Source of the DNA: a bacterium
GTDB lineage: Bacteria > SM23-31
NCBI GenBank assembly: GCA_965249485.1
Contig: OZ252239.1
Span: 3,584,001-3,648,000, forward strand
Direction: 5' to 3'
DNA length: 64,000 bases
Shown here: piece by piece, positions 51,288 through 61,637 of the stretch
How positions within the stretch are numbered: position 1 is the first letter of the stretch
Layout: every line of letters begins with the position of its first letter
Position numbers and translations under genes: made by a program
Notes under the pieces: generated by a model
What the model was told of the DNA's origin: nothing
The model's database searches: none
Seen by the model: only the letters and a program-made list of their open reading frames with translations

Positions 51288-51524
51288 CAAGCTTTGAATA
51301 AGATCAAAGAAAAATTTCATGATATAATTCTGAGCGATATAAAAATGCCCGGCACTGAAAAGCGTTTTATTTTCACAACGGGGGATACAGCAAGCAAGGA
51401 AACACACGAGTTTTTGGAAAATATCGATAATTTTTGCTTAGAAAAACCGTTTCTTATCAACGATTTTATCGATACATTGAATCGTTGTCTGAATGAACAG
51501 AAAGATCAAAAACAGGAAGACTAA
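51288..51524 (+). pseudogene. Remnant of the kinase receiver domain after an in-frame TAA, with an internal deletion
   Basis: AYDG*QALNKIKEKFHDIILSDIKMPG|TEKRFIFTTGD…LEKPF is in frame with the kinase. The usual segment after MPG (xDG plus helix 3) is missing. Confidence 0.75.
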
Positions 51525-51685
51525 TTCATTTCACACTCGATTGAAATTTAGTGGCATTTGGGGCAGGTTTAAATCCTGATCCTCACCCCTGACTTTTTAG
51601 TATATTGAACTGTTTTATTCAAATTCTTGTTCATTAATATATTTCTTTCTAGATTGTGATTCATTAAAACACAATAGAAATTCTC

Positions 51686-52525
51686 ATGCTAAAACGTACC
51701 TTCGAATTAAAGATGGGACCTGACAGGTTCTTACGCGGCGATTTCAGAATACCCGAAATCGCGGAAGGAAAACCGTTGGTTTTATTTTGTCATGGATTTA
51801 AAGGGTTCAAGGACTGGGGCGGCTGGCAATATGCAATGGACAAAATGTGTTCGAATGGTTTTTTTGTCATTTCAATTAATTTTTCTTACAACGGAATTGG
51901 TTCTGACCTTCAAAATTTTTCTGAACTTCCTAAATTTGCACAGAATACTATTGGATACGAACTTGAAGATATTGATTTTCTTATAAATGCAATTAAATCC
52001 AGCAGCGAATTTGAGGAAATAACCTGGAAACCCCCGATTGGTCTCATCGGACACAGTCGCGGCGGCGGTACTGCTATTCTTTATGCAAGTCACAACACAC
52101 ATATCAATTGTCTTGCAACATGGGCAAGTGTTTCGAGCTTTGACTCATACCTTGATAATCGAATCGAATGGAGAAAACACGGTTTTATCGAGTTTGATAA
52201 TGTACGGACTAATCAGAAAATGCGCATGAATGTTGAATTTCTTAATGATCTTGAACGTAATGTACTTGAGCGAAATATTTTGAGATCCGAAGCTCGGCAC
52301 GGAGTCCCCCATCTCATTATTCACGGTTATAAAGATGACACGGCACCATATGAAGCAGCTCAGGAGATTTTTGAAACCTCCAGTAAATCTATTACGCGCC
52401 TTGAAATTTTGCCAGGCGGGACCCATACATTTGGTACTGCTCACCCCTTTTCCGGGACAAATCCTATATTCGATTCGGTCATCAACAAGACAATTGAATG
52501 GTTCAGAATGTATCTTGTTGAGTAA
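51686..52525 (+). CDS. Alpha/beta hydrolase
   Basis: CHGFKGFKDWG, GHSRGG nucleophile elbow, HGYKDD, HTFG. Confidence 0.85.
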   Translation: MLKRTFELKMGPDRFLRGDFRIPEIAEGKPLVLFCHGFKGFKDWGGWQYAMDKMCSNGFFVISINFSYNGIGSDLQNFSELPKFAQNTIGYELEDIDFLINAIKSSSEFEEITWKPPIGLIGHSRGGGTAILYASHNTHINCLATWASVSSFDSYLDNRIEWRKHGFIEFDNVRTNQKMRMNVEFLNDLERNVLERNILRSEARHGVPHLIIHGYKDDTAPYEAAQEIFETSSKSITRLEILPGGTHTFGTAHPFSGTNPIFDSVINKTIEWFRMYLVE

Positions 52526-52590
52526 TGGAATCCTCTTTGAATTCAACTTTTATCAGTAATGTTACAACTCTTCAAACTATTGAATAAATT

Positions 52591-52977
52591 ATGTCGAACT
52601 GCAATATAACAGGTACCGGTGTCGATATCGAATCGGTAGATCGATTTCGAGCTAAACCTTACGATTCCAATACAGGTTTTTACCACAAACTCTTTACCGA
52701 AAATGAAATCGAGTACTGTTTACGGTATAAAGATCCCTCTCCCCATTTTACTGCTCGCTTTTGTGCAAAGGAATCGCTCAGGAAAGCGGTGCCGAAATCA
52801 ATTCACATTAATTGGCGAGATGTTGAAATCCAAAACGATGAAAATGGGAAACCTTATTTTTTATTCTCCAAAGCTGCTTCAGGCGGCAATACATACTTTT
52901 CATCACAGCAATTCCATCTTTCTCTTTCCCATGAAAAAAATCAGGCTATTGCATTTGTTGTGACAGAACGCATTTAG
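52591..52977 (+). CDS. acpS: Holo-ACP synthase
   Basis: GTGVDIE, FTENE, ARFCAKESLRKA, NDENGKP, SLSHE. Confidence 0.9.
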   Translation: MSNCNITGTGVDIESVDRFRAKPYDSNTGFYHKLFTENEIEYCLRYKDPSPHFTARFCAKESLRKAVPKSIHINWRDVEIQNDENGKPYFLFSKAASGGNTYFSSQQFHLSLSHEKNQAIAFVVTERI

Positions 52978-53099
52978 TCACATACAATTTTTATCCATGC
53001 CCCCAACTTCTTAATATTTAATAAAATTATTACCCAAAAAAACGGAATTTCTACTCTCGTGTCGAAACTGAAATATTATCATAATCAAAATTGCTGACT

Positions 53100-53158
53100 A
53101 ATACTTGACTTTTTAGTATTCTTTCATTATATTTACGGTTGACATACTTAATGAGTAT
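53100..53158 (+). promoter_or_regulatory. Promoter and candidate Rrf2 operator(s) of the suf operon
   Basis: TTGACT-17 bp-TATATT (53105-53133) overlapped by AATACT-N9-AGTATT; second inverted repeat ATACT-N5-AGTAT at 53144-53158. Confidence 0.5.
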
Positions 53159-53188
53159 AAAAATCATTCAATACTGAGGGGTCTAAAT

Positions 53189-53674
53189 ATGAGATTTACA
53201 TCTCAGGAAGAGTACGGTTTACGCTGTATGCTCCAATTAACGAAAAATGAGAACAGCGGTCCCCTTACGATTGATGAAATAGCAAAAAATGAAGCGCTTT
53301 CGACACATTATGTCGGGAAGCTTACGCGAATATTGCTCAAAGGCGGGCTGATAGAAAGCACGAGAGGCCAAAAAGGTGGTTATAAACTTTCACGGCCAGC
53401 AGTTCAGATTAGTGTACTGGATGTATTATATGTGCTTGATGGACCATTTTTTGACGTTGACCACTGCGGTATGAAATTCACCGGCATTGACTCTATTTGT
53501 GTAAATTCAACAGAGTGTTCGGTTAGAGCGCTCTGGAGTTCTGTGAATGATGCTGTTATTCAGATTCTCGGCAATACAATGCTCAAAGACCTGGTTGTCA
53601 GTGAAAAGACAGCATTCGAGTGGTTCAGGTACAGTGCAAAAATAAATAATCCTGATACTGTCCGATTGATATAA
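53189..53674 (+). CDS. Rrf2 family Fe-S regulator (IscR-like)
   Basis: EEYGLRCM, STRGQKGGYKL, three C-terminal Cys. Confidence 0.9.
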   Translation: MRFTSQEEYGLRCMLQLTKNENSGPLTIDEIAKNEALSTHYVGKLTRILLKGGLIESTRGQKGGYKLSRPAVQISVLDVLYVLDGPFFDVDHCGMKFTGIDSICVNSTECSVRALWSSVNDAVIQILGNTMLKDLVVSEKTAFEWFRYSAKINNPDTVRLI

Positions 53675-53889
53675 AATTAATCGATCAAATCTCATTTGAT
53701 CCTATGGAAATAATCTATTGAATCCAAGTATTGATGAGAGCAAAATGTACCAATGTATACGAAATAGTAGATTATATTACAAAATTTTCGAATCTAATTA
53801 TATTTTTCTATTGTTTAGATACTGTAACTCAAAAAAAATTAAACGTGTATATATTAAATTAAAATTAATAAGTAAGAAAGGACAGAATT

Positions 53890-54348
53890 ATGCCGTATGA
53901 CCCGCAATTTGTTCAGCCGATGCGCGATGAAATGACCGTAAACGGTTTCCGGGAGCTCCTCACCGCCGAAGAGGTAGAATCCACATTATCAGCACAAGAA
54001 GGTTCCGTACTCCTTGTCGTGAACTCCGTATGCGGTTGTGCTGCAGGCCAGGCGAGGCCGGGAGTTTTTCTTTCTCTTTTAGAGAGCGAACATAAACCTG
54101 ATTCGCTTGCGACTGTATTTGCCGGACAGGACCTTGAAGCGACCGAAAAGGCACGCAGTTATATTCATGGCTATCCTCCTTCATCTCCTTCAATCGCTCT
54201 TTTTAAGAATGGTGAACTTGCATTTGTGATTGAGCGCCAACATATAGAGTCGAAGAGTGCAGAGATGATAGCTGCTTTGCTGAAAGAAGCGTTCAATGAG
54301 TTTTTAATTGGAACTGATATGCATGAGGAGAAGACAGATGTCGGTTAA
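53890..54348 (+). CDS. BrxA/BrxB family bacilliredoxin
   Basis: [38 protein letters not shown]. Confidence 0.9.
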   Translation: MPYDPQFVQPMRDEMTVNGFRELLTAEEVESTLSAQEGSVLLVVNSVCGCAAGQARPGVFLSLLESEHKPDSLATVFAGQDLEATEKARSYIHGYPPSSPSIALFKNGELAFVIERQHIESKSAEMIAALLKEAFNEFLIGTDMHEEKTDVG

Positions 54349-55117
54349 GAATGAACCACTTTTTCGATTTGAAAATGTCTATGTGAGTGTGGAAGATAAT
54401 GAGATTGTGAAAGGCGTAGACCTTACCATTCAGGCTGGTGAAAAGCATGCTATTATGGGTCCGAATGGTTCCGGGAAGAGCAGTCTAGCAAATGCACTTA
54501 TGGGACATCCAAATTATGAAATTACCAAAGGAAATATTTATATCCGAGGAGAAGAGATTACTAATCTTGAACCTAATGAGCGTGCTCAAAGGGGACTATT
54601 TCTCGGTATGCAATATCCTGTTGCCATTCCCGGTGTAACGGTGGCAAATTTTCTGAGGACTGCTTTGAAAGCGATGCCGGATGGCACTGAACGGGTTAAA
54701 AGATTCAGAAAAGAGCTAAAGGAAAAATTCAAATTTCTCGGTATAGATGAATCATTTGCAACACGGTACATCAATGACGGATTTTCTGGCGGTGAAAAAA
54801 AACGCCTTGAAATATTACAGCTCTCTGTCCTGCAGCCGGTTGTTGCTTTACTCGATGAAACCGATTCAGGTCTCGATATCGATGCTCTTCAAATCGTCGC
54901 TGAAGGAATAAATAAATATTGTGACAACAATGTTGCGGTAATGCTCGTTACTCATTATCAGCGAATGCTCAATTTTGTCAAACCCGATTATATCCACGTT
55001 TTCATGGATGGGAAAATCGTCAAAACCGGTGGAGCTGAGTTAGCGCTCGAGCTTGAGGAAAAAGGATATGACTGGCTGGAAAAAGAGCCTGAAACCACTT
55101 CGGAGGCGTTAGTATGA
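54338..55117 (+). CDS. sufC: Fe-S assembly ATPase SufC
   Basis: [40 protein letters not shown] 54338 after GAGGAG. Confidence 0.95.
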   Translation: MSVKNEPLFRFENVYVSVEDNEIVKGVDLTIQAGEKHAIMGPNGSGKSSLANALMGHPNYEITKGNIYIRGEEITNLEPNERAQRGLFLGMQYPVAIPGVTVANFLRTALKAMPDGTERVKRFRKELKEKFKFLGIDESFATRYINDGFSGGEKKRLEILQLSVLQPVVALLDETDSGLDIDALQIVAEGINKYCDNNVAVMLVTHYQRMLNFVKPDYIHVFMDGKIVKTGGAELALELEEKGYDWLEKEPETTSEALV

Positions 55118-56667
55118 GTGAGAAGTCAGTAACATTCGATCAAAAATACAAAACTGCCGAGCTTATGGATGAGGCAGATATTGCAAAAGTCAAAAAGATA
55201 GAAAATGAGATAACGCAGGACTATCAGCATGGCTGGGTCACCGATATTGAACAAGAACTAATCCCTCCCGGTCTTAATGAAGATATTGTTGCGCTGATTT
55301 CAAAAAAGAAAAATGAACCGGACTGGATGCTCGAGTGGAGGCTCGAAGCATACCGCCATTGGCTCACAATGGAGGAGCCAACGTGGGGCGATGTCACCTA
55401 TGATCCGATTGATTATCAGGCAATCTCTTACTTTGCAGCGCCAAAGAAGCTGCCAGAACTGAACAATCTTGATGAAGTCGATCCCGAGCTGCTGAAAACA
55501 TATGAGCGACTCGGTATCCCTGTCATTGAGCAGAAGAGACTTGCCGGTGTTAAAATCTCCGATGAAGACCTGAAATTTATGTCCGGAGTAGCAACTGATA
55601 TGGTTTTTGATTCCGTTTCCATTGCCACAACGTTTCAGAAAGACCTTGAACGGCTCGGTATCATTTTCTGCTCATTTAATGAGGCTGTCCACAACCATCC
55701 GGAGCTGGTAAAACAATATGTGGGATCCGTTGTACCCTATAACGACAATTATTTTGCCGCTCTCAATTCTGCAGTTTTTTCAGATGGTTCGTTCTGTTAT
55801 ATCCCTAAAGGAACAAAATGCCCAATGGATTTGTCGACATATTTCCGAATCAATGCGACCAATACGGGACAATTTGAGCGAACCCTGATCATTGCGGAAG
55901 AGGATAGTTTTGTCAGTTATCTCGAAGGCTGTTCGGCACCGATGCGTGACGAAAATCAGCTTCATGCCGCAGTTGTCGAGCTCGTTGCTCACAACAATGC
56001 GGAGATTAAGTATTCAACTATCCAGAACTGGTATCCCGGTAACAAGGAAGGAATAGGCGGGATTTATAATTTTGTGACAAAGCGTGGTTATTGTAAAGGA
56101 AAAAATTCGAAAATTTCCTGGACACAGGTTGAGACCGGTTCTTCAATTACTTGGAAATACCCTGGTTGTATCCTTGAAGGTGATAACTCCATTGGCGAAT
56201 TCTATTCAGTGGCTGTGGCAAATAACTATCAGCAGGCCGATACCGGCACAAAAATGATCCACATCGGCAAAAACACTACAAGCAGAATTGTTTCGAAAGG
56301 TATTTCCGCGGGACACGGTAAAAATACGTATCGCGGTATGGTTCGGATTATGCCCAACGCAGAAAATGCAAAGAATTTTTCACAGTGTGATTCGATGATG
56401 ATCGGCAGTGAATGTGTCGCGAATACCTTCCCCACTATCGATGTCAGAAATTCGACATCGACTATGGAGCATGAAGCGTATACCGGAAAAGTTGGAGAAG
56501 AACAGCTTTTCTACCTCATGTCGCGTGGTATCCCCGAAGAAGAAGCGGTTGCCTTAATTGTAACCGGGTTTTGTGTGGATATCATTAAAAAGCTCCCGCT
56601 TGAATTCAGCGTTGAAGCGGTCAGATTGATTGAGGCATGTGCCGCATTTCCGGACACACTTGGATAA
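55114..56667 (+). CDS. sufB: Fe-S assembly protein SufB
   Basis: [46 protein letters not shown]. Confidence 0.95.
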   Translation: MSEKSVTFDQKYKTAELMDEADIAKVKKIENEITQDYQHGWVTDIEQELIPPGLNEDIVALISKKKNEPDWMLEWRLEAYRHWLTMEEPTWGDVTYDPIDYQAISYFAAPKKLPELNNLDEVDPELLKTYERLGIPVIEQKRLAGVKISDEDLKFMSGVATDMVFDSVSIATTFQKDLERLGIIFCSFNEAVHNHPELVKQYVGSVVPYNDNYFAALNSAVFSDGSFCYIPKGTKCPMDLSTYFRINATNTGQFERTLIIAEEDSFVSYLEGCSAPMRDENQLHAAVVELVAHNNAEIKYSTIQNWYPGNKEGIGGIYNFVTKRGYCKGKNSKISWTQVETGSSITWKYPGCILEGDNSIGEFYSVAVANNYQQADTGTKMIHIGKNTTSRIVSKGISAGHGKNTYRGMVRIMPNAENAKNFSQCDSMMIGSECVANTFPTIDVRNSTSTMEHEAYTGKVGEEQLFYLMSRGIPEEEAVALIVTGFCVDIIKKLPLEFSVEAVRLIEACAAFPDTLG

Positions 56668-56722
56668 TGAAGACATTAGATATCAGGAAGAATGACTTTT
56701 TTCAGCTTAATAAGGAGCATGA

Positions 56723-58030
56723 ATGTGCAGTAATAATCAAGGACATAAAGAACCGGCTGTGTTGAGTACACAGCAGCCAGACTGGCTGAAATCAATACGG
56801 AAAGAAGCATGGGATAGATACAATGATATGCCGATGCCCGACAGAGTACCGCATCTGTGGCGGTACACCGATCCGGCTCTCTTTGAATATTCCGGAAAGG
56901 AATTCAAAAAAAACGGCTCTACTTCCACTGCTATTCCGGAGATAATGCAAAAACAACTTGTTGATAATGCAGTAAGCGGTGTTGTGTTGAATAATGAAGG
57001 AAACGGAATTAGTGTACAACTCACTCCGGAGCTCATAAAAGCAGGTGTCACAGCGGGTGATTTGAATTTGTTCGTCAAGGACAACTCAGAACTTGCAGAA
57101 CCTCGTTTGAGCCATCTTGTAGGACCTGATTTTGGAAAATATGAAGCGCTCAATACTGCCGCATGGGATAATGGGATTTATATCTATGTACCGAAGAATG
57201 TTATCCTTGATAAACCGATTCACTTGAATACGGTAATGCCGTCAGACGGAAATTTTGTTTCAAGACTATTCGTCATAATTGATGATGGTGCAAGTGCCGC
57301 TATCATTGACGAATATACCGGTGGCCCAACTGCCCCAAACGGGATTTACAGCAATGTTGCGGCAGAAACTTTTACCGGAACAAATGCCCAGTTGCAATAT
57401 ATTACTGTGCAGAATTTGAATGCTGGGTCTCATATGTACTATACGCACCGTTCGCGCAACGAACGGGATGCTCATACATTTACCGGTATTGCGGCTTTCG
57501 GCGGGCACACCACAAAGGCTAATTACGGTACAATACTTGGCGGAAGAGGCAGTGAAAATCAGCTTGAAGGATTTCTGCTCGGTGAGAAGCGCCAGCATTT
57601 TGATCATCACACTGTCCATGTCCACAAGGCAGCGAACACATTAAGTAATCTGAATTTTAAAGTCGTACTAAAAGACCGTTCACGTTCAGCTTACACTGGT
57701 AAGATTACAATTGATCACGAAGCACCGTACAGTGAAGCGTATCAGGAAAACAGAAACCTTTTACTTTCGCCCAAGTGCCGTGTTGAATCGATACCTGAGC
57801 TGGAAATTAATCAAGATGAAGTGCGCTGCTCTCACGGTGCAGCAATGGGTCCTCCTGACAGCGATCAGTTGTTCTATTTGAGAAGCCGGGGAATTCCTGA
57901 ACATGAAGCCATTCAACTGATTGTCGAAGGTTTTATGGATGATGCTTTACGACGTGTTCCGGAAATTTTGCGTGGCCACCTTGCGGACTTCATAAATAAC
58001 AGACTTATGGGAGGCTGGACATTTGAGTGA
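56723..58030 (+). CDS. sufD: Fe-S assembly protein SufD
   Basis: WRYTD, QENRNLLLS, PELEI…DEVRCSHGA, FYLRSRGI. Confidence 0.9.
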   Translation: MCSNNQGHKEPAVLSTQQPDWLKSIRKEAWDRYNDMPMPDRVPHLWRYTDPALFEYSGKEFKKNGSTSTAIPEIMQKQLVDNAVSGVVLNNEGNGISVQLTPELIKAGVTAGDLNLFVKDNSELAEPRLSHLVGPDFGKYEALNTAAWDNGIYIYVPKNVILDKPIHLNTVMPSDGNFVSRLFVIIDDGASAAIIDEYTGGPTAPNGIYSNVAAETFTGTNAQLQYITVQNLNAGSHMYYTHRSRNERDAHTFTGIAAFGGHTTKANYGTILGGRGSENQLEGFLLGEKRQHFDHHTVHVHKAANTLSNLNFKVVLKDRSRSAYTGKITIDHEAPYSEAYQENRNLLLSPKCRVESIPELEINQDEVRCSHGAAMGPPDSDQLFYLRSRGIPEHEAIQLIVEGFMDDALRRVPEILRGHLADFINNRLMGGWTFE

Positions 58031-58343
58031 CACAATCGTAAAAGTAGCAAATACTACTGATATTAACGATGGTGAAGCCCGGGTATTTAGAATTGAAGAA
58101 ATAGATGTCGCGGTCTGTAATGTCAGCGGCTCCTTTTATGCTATTGAAAACGTGTGCACACACGATAACGGTCCACTCGGTGAAGGCAAACTTATAGGGT
58201 GTGAAATTGAGTGTCCGAGACATGGTGCCCGGTTCGATGTTACGAATGGTGCTGTTACCCGGCAACCCGCATACGGCCCGGTTCCGACGTTTCCGGTGAC
58301 AATAGACAACGAAGAAATTTATATCGATATCAGCGATTATTAA
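58023..58343 (+). CDS. Rieske-type [2Fe-2S] ferredoxin
   Basis: CTHD…CPRHGARFD. Confidence 0.9.
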   Translation: MSDTIVKVANTTDINDGEARVFRIEEIDVAVCNVSGSFYAIENVCTHDNGPLGEGKLIGCEIECPRHGARFDVTNGAVTRQPAYGPVPTFPVTIDNEEIYIDISDY

Positions 58344-58355
58344 ACAGGAAAAATT

Positions 58356-59666
58356 ATGACTATTCCCGCATATCCCAATACAATTTTCGGCACCGAAACC
58401 GCGGTATCTAAACCGGTCACCAAGAACGCCGCTGTTCTCGATGTCGAAGCAATCCGGAAAGACTTTCCCATTCTGAGCAGGACAATCAAAGGAAATTTAA
58501 TTGTCTATCTTGACAGTGCCGCCACAACACAAAAGCCGGCATCGGTTATTAATGCATTGTCTTTTTTTTACCGGACGTCAAACGCAAATATTCACCGGGG
58601 TGTCCACACACTTTCCGAGGAATCGTCATCTGCGTATGAAGCACTCAGATTAAAAACAGCAAAGTTTATCGGCGGTGTTGATGAACGGGGCATCGTATTC
58701 ACAAAAAACACAACCGATTCACTCAATCTTATCGCCCAATCGTGGGGAAAAGCGAATATCAAAAAAGGCGATGAAATCATTTTAACAGAGATGGAACACC
58801 ACAGCAATATTGTTCCCTGGATACTGCTTGCCCGTGAAACCGGAGCAGTCCTGAAATATATTGAGGTGGATGGTGACGGCTATCTTGACATGGACAGTTA
58901 CTATAAAATTTTATCAAACAAGACAAAGCTGGTGTCAGTCACCATTATTTCCAATGTTCTTGGGACAATCAATCCTGTTGCGGAAATAATTGAAGCTGCA
59001 CACAAGTTCGGCGCTGTGACTGTTCTGGACGGTGCGCAGGGTGTCCCCCACATGAAAATCGATACCTTAGCATTGGACTGTGATTTTCTCGCATTCTCCG
59101 CCCATAAGATGCTCGGACCGACAGGAATCGGAGTTCTTTCTGCAAAGCCGGAAATCCTTGAAAAAATGGAACCAACTGTTGGAGGCGGCGGGATGATAGA
59201 AGAAGTGACGCTCCAAACTGCAACCTGGGCGGATATTCCATGGAGGTTCGAAGCCGGCACTCCAAATTACGCAGATGTCATTGCATTTTCCGCTGCAATT
59301 GATTACCTTGAAAATATCGGTCTCGATGCCGTTCAGAAACACGAAGAAGCATTGACCGAATATGCGCTTGAACAGTTGGAAACGATACCAAAACTGCGGT
59401 TATTTGGTCCCAGAAATGTGAAAGACAGAGCGGGTGTTGTTACATTTTATGATGAATTAATCCATCCCCATGATCTTAGTACTATTCTCGATTCATATGG
59501 TATTGCGATCAGAGCGGGTCATCACTGTGCTCAACCCCTTATGAATAAATACAACGTTCCTGCAACTGCCCGGGCAAGTTTTTATATTTACAACGATAAA
59601 GAAGATGTGGATGCACTGATAACCGGACTGAGAAAAGCGCGGGAGTTTTTTAAATATGAGCATTGA
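58356..59666 (+). CDS. sufS: Cysteine desulfurase SufS
   Basis: YLDSAATTQKP, EHHSN, FSAHKM, RAGHHCAQP. Confidence 0.95.
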   Translation: MTIPAYPNTIFGTETAVSKPVTKNAAVLDVEAIRKDFPILSRTIKGNLIVYLDSAATTQKPASVINALSFFYRTSNANIHRGVHTLSEESSSAYEALRLKTAKFIGGVDERGIVFTKNTTDSLNLIAQSWGKANIKKGDEIILTEMEHHSNIVPWILLARETGAVLKYIEVDGDGYLDMDSYYKILSNKTKLVSVTIISNVLGTINPVAEIIEAAHKFGAVTVLDGAQGVPHMKIDTLALDCDFLAFSAHKMLGPTGIGVLSAKPEILEKMEPTVGGGGMIEEVTLQTATWADIPWRFEAGTPNYADVIAFSAAIDYLENIGLDAVQKHEEALTEYALEQLETIPKLRLFGPRNVKDRAGVVTFYDELIHPHDLSTILDSYGIAIRAGHHCAQPLMNKYNVPATARASFYIYNDKEDVDALITGLRKAREFFKYEH

Positions 59667-60126
59667 CGGACTTGATGAATTGTATCAGGATACAATTCTT
59701 GACCACTATAAAAATCCGAGGGGTAATCACACTGTCGACAGGATCGATTCGGAGAAAAATGGGTACAACCCGGTCTGCGGTGACAAAGTCCGTATACAAG
59801 TACATTTCAATAATAACAGTATAGAAGATATATCGGTCGAATCGTGCGGCTGTGCGATTAGCGTCGCATCAGGATCGATGTTGGCTGAGCTTCTGCCTGG
59901 AAAAAATCTAGAAGAAGTCCAGAAAATAGCCGAATCATTCCAGGATATGATGCGCGGCAAGAAGATTCCTGAGGACATTGATTTCGGCGACCTTGATGTC
60001 CTTGAAGGTGTTTCAAAATACCACTCACGTGTGAAATGCGCACTTTTAGCTTGGGTTACACTTCACGACTTGATCAAGTCGTGGCAGTTACAAAATATTT
60101 CATCCATACACTCTACCACAGAATGA
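59656..60126 (+). CDS. sufU: SufU (NifU-family) sulfur-transfer protein
   Basis: LYQDTILDHYKNPR, NPVCGD, GCAISVAS, RVKCALL. Confidence 0.9.
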   Translation: MSIDGLDELYQDTILDHYKNPRGNHTVDRIDSEKNGYNPVCGDKVRIQVHFNNNSIEDISVESCGCAISVASGSMLAELLPGKNLEEVQKIAESFQDMMRGKKIPEDIDFGDLDVLEGVSKYHSRVKCALLAWVTLHDLIKSWQLQNISSIHSTTE

Positions 60127-60141
60127 AGAAAGTGGCAGAAA

Positions 60142-60453
60142 ATGCTTATAAATGAAGATATAGTTTTTGAAGCTTTAAAAGTCGTCGTCGATCCTGAAAT
60201 CGGCCTTGGTATCGTTGAACTCGGTCTCGTCTATGGAGCCGATATCGAAGATGATGGGAAAAAGGTATCCGTAAGAATGACATTGACATCACCGATGTGT
60301 CCGTACGGCCCAATGATTATTCAGCATGTTGATGAGACAATTAAAATACTCCCCGGAGTAGAAGAAACCGACGTACAGGTTATCTGGGAACCGCAGTGGG
60401 ATCCTCGCACAATGGCCTCCGACGAGGTAAAGGACAAGCTGGGAATCTGGTAA
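60142..60453 (+). CDS. Metal-sulfur cluster assembly factor (DUF59, SufT-like)
   Basis: DPEIGLGIVELGLVY, MTLTSPMCP, WEPQW. Confidence 0.85.
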   Translation: MLINEDIVFEALKVVVDPEIGLGIVELGLVYGADIEDDGKKVSVRMTLTSPMCPYGPMIIQHVDETIKILPGVEETDVQVIWEPQWDPRTMASDEVKDKLGIW

Positions 60454-60555
60454 ATTCACATATTCACTATTTTATATAGATCGATGTAACCAGGATGGTC
60501 TCATTGTACTATGAGGCTGCGACTATTAATATTTATTTTACTATGGGGTTAACTC

Positions 60556-61626
60556 GTGAATCAAGAAACTATACTTGATGCTCTTCGGATCGTCCAGGAT
60601 CCTGACTTGCGTACCGATATTGTGACACTCGGCTTTGTCAAAGACATTACTATAAACGAGGGTCATGTCTCTTTCTCTATCGAATTGACTACACCCGCAT
60701 GTCCGGTCAAAGACCAGCTCAAGAGTGAAGCATATAATGCAGTTTCGGCACTTCCCGGTGTTGAAAAAGTCGATATCAATATGACATCGAATGTCCGGGG
60801 GACGCCGCAAGCTCCAAATCAGCAAATTCTTACCGGTGTAAAAAACATAATCCCGATTGCCAGTGGCAAGGGTGGTGTCGGAAAATCGACCGTAAGCGCT
60901 AATATAGCAGCAGCGCTCAGCGTATCCGGATCTAAAGTTGGTCTGCTCGATGCGGACATTTATGGACCTAGTATTCCACAGCTTATGGGAGTTACTGAGC
61001 AGCCGCAAGTAACCGACAACATGATCTTGCCGCTTGAAAGTCACGGTATTAAGGTCATGTCGATGGGATTTTTCACTCAGTCTGACCAAGCGGTTGTATG
61101 GCGCGGCCCAATGCTCGCAAAAATGATGGAACAGTTTCTCACTAATGTCGAATGGGGAGAACTCGATTATCTCATAATAGACTTACCCCCGGGAACAGGT
61201 GATATTCAGCTGAGTCTGTGTCAGATGATCCCGCTAACCGGTTCTGCCATTGTATCGACTCCGCAAGATGTTGCTCTGAATGTTGCCCGGAAGGCGATTC
61301 TCATGTTTAACCAGCTCAATACTCCGGTGCTCGGTATTATCGAAAACATGAGTTCGTTCATCTGTTCTCACTGCGCAACAGAAGAAAAAATCTTCGGTGA
61401 AGGCGGCGGCGAAAAGGCCAGTAATGAGTTCGGCGTTCCGTTTCTTGGCAAGATCCCGTTGACAACCGATATTCGTACAACATCAGACCAGGGAAAACCA
61501 ATTGTGCTTAACAATCCTGATTCTATTGAAGCGAAAACCTTTGTATCAGTAGCGAAAAACCTTGCTGCTCAGGTGAGTATCCGCAATCTTGCTGAAAAAG
61601 ACCAAGAAGTCAAAGTTACCTTTTAG
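60556..61626 (+). CDS. apbC: Mrp/ApbC (NBP35 family) Fe-S carrier ATPase with N-terminal DUF59
   Basis: DPDL…LTTPACP, SGKGGVGKST, DADIYGPS, DLPPGTGD, ENMS…CSHC. Confidence 0.9.
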   Translation: MNQETILDALRIVQDPDLRTDIVTLGFVKDITINEGHVSFSIELTTPACPVKDQLKSEAYNAVSALPGVEKVDINMTSNVRGTPQAPNQQILTGVKNIIPIASGKGGVGKSTVSANIAAALSVSGSKVGLLDADIYGPSIPQLMGVTEQPQVTDNMILPLESHGIKVMSMGFFTQSDQAVVWRGPMLAKMMEQFLTNVEWGELDYLIIDLPPGTGDIQLSLCQMIPLTGSAIVSTPQDVALNVARKAILMFNQLNTPVLGIIENMSSFICSHCATEEKIFGEGGGEKASNEFGVPFLGKIPLTTDIRTTSDQGKPIVLNNPDSIEAKTFVSVAKNLAAQVSIRNLAEKDQEVKVTF

Positions 61627-61637
61627 ATATAAGATCT

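Noticed and set aside
53718..53900. 60-aa ORF between rrf2 and brx
   Set aside because: Very AT-rich, no RBS or motif; more likely intergenic regulatory DNA.
60541..61089. 182-aa antisense ORF over apbC, and the many other overlapping or antisense ORFs in the track (e.g. 44557..45021, 38653..39075, 18870..19256)
   Set aside because: They lie opposite or within well-supported genes and show no family motifs; treated as shadow ORFs.
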